DNA of 33,303 bases from Candidatus Nomurabacteria bacterium. GTDB taxonomy: Bacteria > Patescibacteriota > Minisyncoccia > Phycocordibacterales > UBA9973. The notes under the pieces are model-generated. The model was not told the origin of the DNA, did no database searches, and saw nothing but the letters and a program-made list of their open reading frames with translations. The stretch spans positions 1-33,303 of the forward strand of contig CAIQAW010000020.1 in the NCBI GenBank assembly GCA_903869875.1. The letters run 5' to 3'. Made by a program: the position numbers and the translations under genes. Positions 22,448-30,715 of this stretch are shown piece by piece. Within the stretch, counting starts at the first letter, position 1. The number at the start of each line of letters is the position of its first letter.

Positions 22448-24199
22448 ATGACAGTTGATGAAACGCAATTAAAAAAGTTTTTCTTAACTAGTGGCATTAT
22501 AAAAGAAGACGAATTTAATGCACTAGAAGACAAAGCCCGTGAACTAAAACAAACAGTAGCACAAACACTGCTATCTGAAGGTAAAGTTACTGACGCAGAC
22601 ATGAAACGTGCCGAAGCTTTTGTATTGGGTTTGCCGTATGTAAACCTAACTAACGAAAAAATAGAGTTCGAAATACTTTCGTTAATACCAGAACCTATTG
22701 CGCGTAACCACAACATTGTGGCTTTTAAACAAAACAAAGACAGTATAGAAGTTGCCATGCTAGACGTAGAAGACTTGGCTACGTTGGACTTCTTAAAGAA
22801 AAAGTTTGAAGTTAAAATACTACCACGCCTAACCGACGTAGCGTCTATACGGCATGCACTACAGTTATATAAGAAAAGTCTGAAGGCTGAATTTGACGAC
22901 ATTATATCTAAAGAAAGTGCGACTTTGAAAATGATAGCCGTAGAGTCAGGTGTAGCCCAAAGTACAGACGACTTGAAAAAACTAGCCGACGATATTCCTA
23001 TAATTAAAATTGTCGACACACTAATATCGCATGCTATATTACAAGGTTCGTCTGACATACACATAGAACCTGCAGAAGAATCGCTAATAGTACGTTACCG
23101 TATAGACGGTATACTAAAAGACGCCATGATACTGCCCAAGGAAACTGCGGCGGGTATAACTGCACGTATAAAAGTGTTGTCTAATTTAAAACTGGATGAA
23201 AAACGTATACCTCAGGACGGACGTTTTAAAATAACAGAAGACGAAATGAAGGTTTCGTTCCGTGTTTCTACACTACCGACATATTTCGGCGAAAAAATTG
23301 TTATACGTATTTTGCGAGAAAACTCTAAAGGTTTTTCATTAGAGAAACTTGGTTTCCATGGCGAGGGTTTGGAGCGTCTACATGAAGGCATGCGTCTACA
23401 TACAGGTATGATACTGGCCGCTGGCCCAACAGGTTCAGGTAAAACAACTACACTATATACAGTGTTAGACCTACTAAACACACCAGAAGTAAATATATCT
23501 ACAATCGAAGACCCGATAGAATACCAAATGGCGCGTATAAACCAAACCCAAGTTAAATCTGAAATAGGTATGACGTTTGCCAACGGTCTACGTGCACTAT
23601 TACGTCAGGACCCAGACATAGTTATGGTGGGGGAAATCCGCGACGGTGAAACAGCAAGTTTGGCTATTAACGCATCTTTGACCGGACACGTTGTGTTGTC
23701 TACTATACACACGAACAGTGCGGCTGGTGCCATACCTCGTTTTATAGATATGGGCGCAGAACCATTTCTACTTGTTTCAACATTGAAAATAGTTATTTCA
23801 CAGCGTTTGGTGCGTAAACTTACTAGTGCCAAAGAACAGTACACATTGTCTGAAGCAGAAATAAAAAACATTCAAAAATACATAGACTTAGACCGTATGA
23901 TGAAGTTCATGGTAGACGAAAAAATAGTAGCCCCAGACGCTACATGGCAAAACATACCTTTCTACAGACCTGTTAAAAACGAAGATTCTGAAGACGGTTA
24001 CAAAGGCCGTTTAGGTATACACGAAGTTTTAGTTGTCGGCCCAGCTATCAAAGAAATGATACTAAAAGGTTCGTCTGCAGACGAAATAGAAAAACAAGCA
24101 AAGGCAGAAGGCATGATGACAATGATAGAAGACGGCATATACTGTGCAGTTCAAGGTTTAACTTCTATAGAAGAAGTGTTCCGTGTTGTGTCTGAATAA
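22448..24199 (+). CDS. pilB: Type IV pilus assembly ATPase PilB (GspE family)
   Basis: A GSPII_E N-terminal domain, Walker A GPTGSGKTTT, Walker B DPDIVMVGEIRD and a His box TGHVVLSTIHTN are present. Confidence 0.9.
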   Translation: MTVDETQLKKFFLTSGIIKEDEFNALEDKARELKQTVAQTLLSEGKVTDADMKRAEAFVLGLPYVNLTNEKIEFEILSLIPEPIARNHNIVAFKQNKDSIEVAMLDVEDLATLDFLKKKFEVKILPRLTDVASIRHALQLYKKSLKAEFDDIISKESATLKMIAVESGVAQSTDDLKKLADDIPIIKIVDTLISHAILQGSSDIHIEPAEESLIVRYRIDGILKDAMILPKETAAGITARIKVLSNLKLDEKRIPQDGRFKITEDEMKVSFRVSTLPTYFGEKIVIRILRENSKGFSLEKLGFHGEGLERLHEGMRLHTGMILAAGPTGSGKTTTLYTVLDLLNTPEVNISTIEDPIEYQMARINQTQVKSEIGMTFANGLRALLRQDPDIVMVGEIRDGETASLAINASLTGHVVLSTIHTNSAAGAIPRFIDMGAEPFLLVSTLKIVISQRLVRKLTSAKEQYTLSEAEIKNIQKYIDLDRMMKFMVDEKIVAPDATWQNIPFYRPVKNEDSEDGYKGRLGIHEVLVVGPAIKEMILKGSSADEIEKQAKAEGMMTMIEDGIYCAVQGLTSIEEVFRVVSE

Positions 24200-24208
24200 A
24201 TTTGTTTA

Positions 24209-24223
24209 TGGTATAATTGCATC
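24209..24223 (+). promoter_or_regulatory. Extended -10 (TGgTATAAT) 6 nt upstream of the pilC ATG; possible internal leaderless promoter
   Basis: The sequence is tgg-tataat-tgcatc-ATG(24224). Confidence 0.4.
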
Positions 24224-25435
24224 ATGCAGTTTTCTTATACCGCTAAAAATAAAGAAGGTGTAGTACAGTCTGGTAGCATGGAAGCCGCCGACCGTTTTGC
24301 ATTAGCGCGTGCGTTACGCACCCAAGGTTTAATACCAGTTTCTGTTAAAGATACAAAACAAACAGGGCTGTCTATTAACATACCTTTTTTAGAACCAAAA
24401 GTTACACTACGAGAAAAAATTCTTTTTACTAAAAACATGTCAGGCATGCTAAGGGCAGGTCTGTCTTTGGTGCGTGCGTTGCAGGTTTTAAATAAACAAA
24501 CAACTAACAAAACTTTTAAAAAAGTTTTAGATTCAGTCGAAAAAGACATAGTAGGGGGCTCTACTTTGTCAGATAGTATGAAAAAGTTTCCAAAAGTTTT
24601 TTCAGAACTTTTCGTGGCCATGGTTAGTGCCGGCGAAGAATCAGGCGACATGTCAGGTGCCCTTGAGCAAGTCGGTATAAGTATAGAAAAAACTTATGCA
24701 CTAAATGCCAGAATTAAAAGTGCGCTGATGTACCCAATGATAATACTTTCAGCTATATTTCTGATAGGTATACTTATGTTTGTATTCGTTGTTCCGACAA
24801 TAACAAAAACTTTTAAGGACCTGGGTGTAGATTTGCCTATGTCTACAAAGTTTGTAGTTTGGTTAAGTGACACAATGTCTTCACACCCGCTACTGTTGTT
24901 ACTATTTTTAGTTATAGTGGGTTCTGGTATTGCTGCATTGTTGCGTAGTAAATCTGCACAACCTAAAATAGACACTTTTATATTAAAACTACCTGTTATA
25001 TCTAACCTTGTTCGCGAAACAAACACTGCCCGTACTACCAGAACTATATCGTCTTTGCTTGGTTCAGGTGTGGACATAGTGCACACACTAACCATTACCC
25101 ACGAAGTTCTGCAAAACCATTTGTATAAAGAAGTTTTAAACGAAGCCATAGAGTCTGTGCAAAAAGGTGGGCAACTGTCTGTTGTGTTTAAAAAATACCC
25201 AAAACTTTTTCCTATAATGATGAGCGAAATGATAGCCGTTGGTGAAGAAACAGGTAAGCTTTCAAACATGCTTAGTGACGTTGCTGTTTTTTATGAAGGC
25301 GAAGTCGATACTAAAACCAAAGACCTTTCAACTATAATAGAACCAGTACTGATGGTGTTTATTGGTGCGGCTGTTGGTTTTTTTGCTATATCCATGCTGT
25401 CGCCTATGTATTCGTTAATGGACACAGTTAAATAA
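24224..25435 (+). CDS. pilC: Type IV pilus platform protein PilC (GspF family)
   Basis: Two T2SSF repeats (..AGEESGDM.. and ..VGEETGKL..) are separated by TM helices. The length is typical. Confidence 0.9.
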   Translation: MQFSYTAKNKEGVVQSGSMEAADRFALARALRTQGLIPVSVKDTKQTGLSINIPFLEPKVTLREKILFTKNMSGMLRAGLSLVRALQVLNKQTTNKTFKKVLDSVEKDIVGGSTLSDSMKKFPKVFSELFVAMVSAGEESGDMSGALEQVGISIEKTYALNARIKSALMYPMIILSAIFLIGILMFVFVVPTITKTFKDLGVDLPMSTKFVVWLSDTMSSHPLLLLLFLVIVGSGIAALLRSKSAQPKIDTFILKLPVISNLVRETNTARTTRTISSLLGSGVDIVHTLTITHEVLQNHLYKEVLNEAIESVQKGGQLSVVFKKYPKLFPIMMSEMIAVGEETGKLSNMLSDVAVFYEGEVDTKTKDLSTIIEPVLMVFIGAAVGFFAISMLSPMYSLMDTVK

Positions 25436-25436
25436 T

Positions 25437-25904
25437 ATGAAGTATATAAAATTTAAAGCCACAAGTGTAATGACAATAATAGTAATAGTTGCTGTTATAG
25501 GTTTGTTAACTGCTGTTATATTACCACCGCTTAATACTGCACGTTCTAAACAAAGTTTAAACGGGGCCGTAGACGACGTAGTGTCTATACTAGTTACCGC
25601 ACGTTCGCAAACATTAGCTTCATATAATTCGCATAACTATGGTGTGCACATAGCTTCAGGTTCTGTAACTATGTATACCGGACCAACGTACAGTTCTGGT
25701 GCAATAGGCAATGTGGTTAAAAGTTTCGACACAGGTATAACAGCGTCAAGTATAAGTTTAGCAGGTGGTGGGGTTAACGTTTTGTTCGACAGATTAAAAG
25801 GTTCAACCAGTCAGTATGGTACAATTGTAGTACATACTGCAGGTGCTGGTTCGTATTCAAAAACAATAACAGTTGGGTCTACAGGTTTAGTTTCAGTACA
25901 ATAA
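25437..25904 (+). CDS. Pilin-like protein (GspH/FimT-like), noncanonical N-terminus
   Basis: The N-terminal hydrophobic helix lacks the G/FxxxE prepilin motif. The position in the pilus operon and ARSQTLAS-type helix support the call. Confidence 0.55.
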   Translation: MKYIKFKATSVMTIIVIVAVIGLLTAVILPPLNTARSKQSLNGAVDDVVSILVTARSQTLASYNSHNYGVHIASGSVTMYTGPTYSSGAIGNVVKSFDTGITASSISLAGGGVNVLFDRLKGSTSQYGTIVVHTAGAGSYSKTITVGSTGLVSVQ

Positions 25905-25905
25905 C

Positions 25906-26391
25906 ATGATAAAATTTTTACATAAAAATAAAGGGTTTTCAATAATAGAAGTTGTGGTTGCGTCAGCCATTGTTTTACTTATTGGCACTGGTTTTACCGG
26001 CGCACTAAGCCAAACTATAGCTTTGTCTGAAAACGCACTGCACATTGGCCAAGCCACCAGCCTACTAGAGGAAGGCGCCGAAGCAGTAAAATCTATCCGC
26101 GACGACAGCTGGACAACTATTTCAGGTTTAACTGTAGGCACCACATATTACCTTTCTTTTAATAACACAACTAAAAAATGGGCTTTATCTACCACAGCAA
26201 ACACTATAGACAGTATGTACACCAGAACTGTAGTTGTCAGTGCTGTTAACCGTAGTAGTACCGACGACATTGCAAGTACAGGCACAGTAGATGCAAGTAC
26301 TAAAAAAGTTACTATAAATGTTAGTTTTAATGGCCGAACTGGGCAAGTTACAAAAACACTTTCTTTATATATAAGCGACATTTTTAATTAA
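25906..26391 (+). CDS. Prepilin-type N-terminal cleavage/methylation domain minor pilin
   Basis: KNKG|FSIIEVVVA is a canonical class III signal with Glu+5. Confidence 0.75.
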   Translation: MIKFLHKNKGFSIIEVVVASAIVLLIGTGFTGALSQTIALSENALHIGQATSLLEEGAEAVKSIRDDSWTTISGLTVGTTYYLSFNNTTKKWALSTTANTIDSMYTRTVVVSAVNRSSTDDIASTGTVDASTKKVTINVSFNGRTGQVTKTLSLYISDIFN

Positions 26392-26394
26392 TAT

Positions 26395-26895
26395 ATGAAA
26401 ATATTTAAAAGTAAAAAAGCATACACCCTACTAGAACTTGTTATATACCTGGCTTTGTTTGCTGTTTTGTCGTTGGTTCTAGTTCGTGTAACAGTAACTG
26501 GCTACAATGTATATAAAACAATACGCATAAACCGAGATTTTACAGAACATGGCCTAACCGCTATAGACACCATTAGTCGTGCTGTACGTAATGCTAGTTC
26601 TGTTTCAGCTAGTTCAACACTAAGTGCAAGCCCTGGTGTATTGGCCCTATCAAGTAGCACAGGTACAACTACATTTGATGTTTCAAACGGTGCATTACGG
26701 GAAACCGATGTGGTCAGCGGCGTGTCTACTGTTGGCAATGTTACAGGGGGTAAAGTTACAGTTAGTTCGTTAATATTTGAAAAAATAACTACTGCAAAAA
26801 GCCAAGCTGTTAAAACCAAAATTACACTAATACACACACCAACTGGTAGAACTGAGAGTTTCTATGTAACAACAGTTCTGCGTGGTTCATACTAA
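26395..26895 (+). CDS. Prepilin-type minor pilin (PilW-like)
   Basis: KKA|YTLLELVIYLALF has Glu+5 followed by a hydrophobic helix. Confidence 0.7.
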   Translation: MKIFKSKKAYTLLELVIYLALFAVLSLVLVRVTVTGYNVYKTIRINRDFTEHGLTAIDTISRAVRNASSVSASSTLSASPGVLALSSSTGTTTFDVSNGALRETDVVSGVSTVGNVTGGKVTVSSLIFEKITTAKSQAVKTKITLIHTPTGRTESFYVTTVLRGSY

Positions 26896-26908
26896 TTAAT
26901 ATAAAAAA

Positions 26909-28642
26909 ATGAAAAACATTATGCAAATGAAAAATCAAAAAGGTTCTGCAATGCTAATAGCCGTATTTTTCTTTATGTTTATTAGTTTGGCAATAGTATT
27001 AACTATAGTCAGCCCTGCAGCGCGTGATTTACGTGTAGCTTCAACTAGATATAATTCGCAACAGTCATATTTCTTGGCTGAATCAGGTGTAGAAGACGCA
27101 TACTATAGAATTAAAAACAGTAGACAAATAAATACTACAGAAACCTTGGTTTTAGGTAGTTCTACAACCACAACAACAATTGCCGACATAAACAGTAGTC
27201 AGAAAACTATTGCAGCCATAGGCGACACTGGTTCGTACCAACGAAATGTAACAATGTCTATTTCAACTGGAGTGGGTGTGTCTTTTAGTTACGGTGTACA
27301 AACTGGTAAAGGCGGTTTTACGATGTCGAACGGTTCTAGTATTGTCGGCAGTATATATTCTAACGGGTCTATAACAGGTAGTGGTTCTATTTCAGGTAGT
27401 GCTACTTCTGCTAACTCTGCTTCTCTTACTTCTAACCAATCAAATGGTTCTGGAACACCTACATACGACATAACTTTTGGTAATGCTAATGCTACACAAG
27501 ACTTTGCACAAAGTTTTCAAATTAGTACAACTGAGGTTGTAAACAAAGTCCAGTTATATGTTAAAAAAGTCGGTAGTCCTTCTAACTTAACAGTAAGTAT
27601 TGTTACCGACACTAGTGGTAGCCCATCTACTGTTGTTAAAACTTCGGGTACGTTGTCTGCATCACTTATCTCTACTAGTTATGGTTGGGTTGATGTACCT
27701 TTTTCAACAACACCTCAACTAGATGCTGGTACTACATATTGGATAGTTATAGACGCTGCAACTTCTACGTCTAACTATTATAAAATTGGTGCAAACAATA
27801 ACGGTTATGCAAATGGCTCAAGTAAAATTGGTCAGTATAGTGGTACATGGGGCTTAAACAGTAACTACACAGCTGACGCATATTTCAATCTATACATCGG
27901 TGGTGTTATGGGTTTGATAAGTGGTGTAACTATCGGTACTGGTAGTAGTGGTAATGCATATGCGCACACAGTAAACAGTTCAACTATACGTGGTACAAAC
28001 TACTGCCAAACAGGTACCAGTAACAACAAGGCATGTAACACTACACTAGCAGACCCTGTTGAAGTTGCTATGCCTATTTCAGATCAGAACATATTAGACT
28101 GGAAAGACATTGCTGCAGGTGGTGGTACAACAACAGGTAACTACACATTAAACAGTTCTACTGCAACATTAGGACCTAAAAAAATAACAGGCAACTTGAC
28201 TGTTACTAACAATGCCACACTAACTGTCAGTGGTACTATATGGGTGCAAGGTAACTTGGATGTAAGTAACAATGCTACCGTAAGGCTGGCAACAGGCTAT
28301 GGTGCATCTGAAGGTGTAATAATAGTAGACGGAACTGTTTCATTAGGTAACAATGCTGACTTTGCTGGTTCAGGTACCAGTGGTAGTTATATTATGGTTT
28401 TGTCTACATCTAGCTCTACATCTGCTATAACTGTTGGTAACAACGCTGGTGCGGTTATACTGTATGCCCAAAACGGAACAGTAAACATAAGCAACAATGC
28501 AGGCGCGAAATCTGTATCAGGGTACATGATAAACCTTGGTAACAATTCTACTATTACATACGACAGCGGGCTTACAAATGCAAACTTTTCAAGTGGGCCA
28601 TCTGGTTCGTACGATATTACAACTTGGCAGGAAACCCAATAA
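26909..28642 (+). CDS. Large PilX-N-like pilus-associated protein with C-terminal beta-helix-like repeats (putative tip adhesin)
   Basis: The N-terminus QKGSAMLIAVFFFMFISLAIVL resembles PilX_N. The protein is Ser/Thr/Gly/Asn-rich. The C-terminal third has periodic (G/S)NNA(T/G) repeats. Confidence 0.7.
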   Translation: MKNIMQMKNQKGSAMLIAVFFFMFISLAIVLTIVSPAARDLRVASTRYNSQQSYFLAESGVEDAYYRIKNSRQINTTETLVLGSSTTTTTIADINSSQKTIAAIGDTGSYQRNVTMSISTGVGVSFSYGVQTGKGGFTMSNGSSIVGSIYSNGSITGSGSISGSATSANSASLTSNQSNGSGTPTYDITFGNANATQDFAQSFQISTTEVVNKVQLYVKKVGSPSNLTVSIVTDTSGSPSTVVKTSGTLSASLISTSYGWVDVPFSTTPQLDAGTTYWIVIDAATSTSNYYKIGANNNGYANGSSKIGQYSGTWGLNSNYTADAYFNLYIGGVMGLISGVTIGTGSSGNAYAHTVNSSTIRGTNYCQTGTSNNKACNTTLADPVEVAMPISDQNILDWKDIAAGGGTTTGNYTLNSSTATLGPKKITGNLTVTNNATLTVSGTIWVQGNLDVSNNATVRLATGYGASEGVIIVDGTVSLGNNADFAGSGTSGSYIMVLSTSSSTSAITVGNNAGAVILYAQNGTVNISNNAGAKSVSGYMINLGNNSTITYDSGLTNANFSSGPSGSYDITTWQETQ

Positions 28643-28655
28643 AATAGCATATAAA

Positions 28656-28688
28656 AAACACCACCGTATAAATAGCGGTGTTTTTTAT
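28656..28688 (+). terminator. Pilus operon terminator
   Basis: The hairpin aacacc..ggtgtt is followed by a T-run. Confidence 0.6.
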
Positions 28689-28711
28689 ATATTGAACGTT
28701 ATGTGTCTAAA

Positions 28712-28726
28712 TGTTACAATCAAGTA
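28712..28726 (+). promoter_or_regulatory. Extended -10 (TGtTACAAT) 6 nt upstream of the tpiA ATG; candidate leaderless mRNA
   Basis: The sequence is tgt-tacaat-caagta-ATG(28727). Confidence 0.45.
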
Positions 28727-29524
28727 ATGAAAACCAACTACCTGATTATAGCTAACTGGAAACTAAACCCACAAACCACAGTAGAGGCTAAGAAGATTTT
28801 TACGGGTATTAAAAAAGTATCTACTAAGTTGAAAAACGTTTCAACAGTTATTTGTGTGCCTTATGTGTATTTATCTGACCTTAAAAAACTAGCCTCTAAA
28901 AAATGTATATTAGGTGTACAGGACATTGCGGTGCCAACAGAAGGTGCACATACTGGCTTAGTTTCTGCGTCGATGGTTAAAAAGTTTGGTGTTACTTATA
29001 CTATAGTTGGCCACAGTGAAGTCCGTGCCCGTGGTGAAAATGACGCAACTGTGCGCGCAAAGGTTACAACAGCAGTTACAAACGGCTTAGTGCCAGTAAT
29101 ATGTGTCGGCGAACAAGCACGCGACACTCAGGGTTTTTTCTGGCACACTATAAAGGAACAAGTAATAACTGCTATAGGTAACTTGCCACGTAAGTCTTTA
29201 GAACAAATTGTTATTGCCTATGAACCTGTTTGGGCTATAGGCAAAGACGCCCCGCGCCCTGCAACACCAGCTGAATGTTTTGAAGTTGTTCTTTTTATAC
29301 GTAAAGTTATAAGTGACATATTCAGCCCAGCAGATGCGCACAATGTGCAGGTGCTGTATGGCGGGTCTGTAACACCGAAGGACGCGTTAGGGTTTATAGA
29401 ACATGGTGGTGTCGACGGGTATCTGGTAGGACACGAATCACTATTGCCAAAACATTTTGATACAATATTAATTAATACTGAAAACTATGCAAACACTCAA
29501 AAAACTAAAACAATTAAAAAATAA
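28727..29524 (+). CDS. tpiA: Triosephosphate isomerase
   Basis: The motifs ANWKLN, VGHSEVR and AYEPVWAIG are present. The 3' end overlaps pgk by 38 nt. Confidence 0.9.
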   Translation: MKTNYLIIANWKLNPQTTVEAKKIFTGIKKVSTKLKNVSTVICVPYVYLSDLKKLASKKCILGVQDIAVPTEGAHTGLVSASMVKKFGVTYTIVGHSEVRARGENDATVRAKVTTAVTNGLVPVICVGEQARDTQGFFWHTIKEQVITAIGNLPRKSLEQIVIAYEPVWAIGKDAPRPATPAECFEVVLFIRKVISDIFSPADAHNVQVLYGGSVTPKDALGFIEHGGVDGYLVGHESLLPKHFDTILINTENYANTQKTKTIKK

Positions 29525-30638
29525 AGTAGCACTAGTACGACTAGACTGGAATGTGCCAATTGCAGACGGTGTAGTGGGCGACGGTTTTCGTATTGTTGCA
29601 TCACTTCCAACTATAAAAACATTAACCGAAAAAGGTGCCAAGGTTGTTGTGTTAGCACATACTGGGGACGATGGTAAACAAACCTTATTACCTATGGTTA
29701 ACTACCTTAAAACATTGATACCAAACACTGTTGTAACATTAGAAAAAAGCACAAATTTTGACGATATTGTGCAGAACATAGTTTTGATGAACGAAGGCGA
29801 CATAATGGTAATAGACAACATCCGCCGATGGAAGGGCGAGAAAGAAAACGACAAACAACTAGCTAGTGACTTTGCATCGTTAGGGGACATATATGTAAAC
29901 GATGCGTTTTCAGTGTCACACCGGGCACATATGTCTATAGTTGGTTTACCTAAACTACTGCCTTCATATGCAGGTTTACAGTTAGAAAAAGAAATTTTAA
30001 ACTTGTCTTCTGCATTAAAGCCTAAAAAACCATTTCTATTTATACTAGGCGGAGCAAAGTTTGAAACTAAAATGCCATTACTTAAAAAATACGTATCTAC
30101 TGCAGACATGGTGTTTGTAGGTGGCGCATTAGCAAACAACTTTTTAAAAGCCAAAGGTTACGAAGTTGGTAAATCTGTTATAGATAAAAACACACCACCA
30201 CTTTCTGGTGTTCTAAAAAATAAAAAAGTACTAACACCTATCGACGTTATAGTTAACCGCACAGATAGTCGAGGTAAAAATTCTTGGGCTGTAAACGTAG
30301 CTGAAGTTCAAAAGGGCGACACTATTGTAGACGTAGGCCCATTAACAGTTAAACTACTAACTACATTAATGGCAAAAACAAAACTAGTTGTGTGGAACGG
30401 CCCACTGGGTTGGTATGAAAAAGGCCACACAAAAAGCACTATAGATTTGTTAAATGCATTAGCAAGTCAAACCAAAGGTAAACAAAAGACCGTTAGTATT
30501 GTGGGCGGTGGCGACACTGAGGATGTTATAAATCAATCTAATATGGCAAATAAATTTACATTTGTCTCAACAGGTGGTGGCGCAACGTTAGAATTCCTGG
30601 CAAAAGGTACACTAGTTGGAATAAAAGCATTGAAATAA
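29487..30638 (+). CDS. pgk: Phosphoglycerate kinase
   Basis: The motifs VRLDWNVP, AFSVSHRAH, GGAKFETK, GGGDT and STGGGA are present. Confidence 0.95.
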   Translation: MQTLKKLKQLKNKVALVRLDWNVPIADGVVGDGFRIVASLPTIKTLTEKGAKVVVLAHTGDDGKQTLLPMVNYLKTLIPNTVVTLEKSTNFDDIVQNIVLMNEGDIMVIDNIRRWKGEKENDKQLASDFASLGDIYVNDAFSVSHRAHMSIVGLPKLLPSYAGLQLEKEILNLSSALKPKKPFLFILGGAKFETKMPLLKKYVSTADMVFVGGALANNFLKAKGYEVGKSVIDKNTPPLSGVLKNKKVLTPIDVIVNRTDSRGKNSWAVNVAEVQKGDTIVDVGPLTVKLLTTLMAKTKLVVWNGPLGWYEKGHTKSTIDLLNALASQTKGKQKTVSIVGGGDTEDVINQSNMANKFTFVSTGGGATLEFLAKGTLVGIKALK

Positions 30639-30656
30639 TATATTTAAAATATAAAA

Positions 30657-30686
30657 TAAAAACCGGTATTAATACCGGTTTTTATT
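30657..30686 (+). terminator. pgk terminator
   Basis: The perfect palindrome aaaaccggtatt/aataccggtttt is followed by a T-run. Confidence 0.75.
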
Positions 30687-30699
30687 TGTCTGCTGTACA

Positions 30700-30715
30700 T
30701 GGTAGACTAATGTGC
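30700..30715 (+). promoter_or_regulatory. Extended -10 (TGgTAGACT) 7 nt upstream of the recJ ATG; candidate leaderless mRNA
   Basis: The sequence is tgg-tagact-aatgtgc-ATG(30716). Confidence 0.4.
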
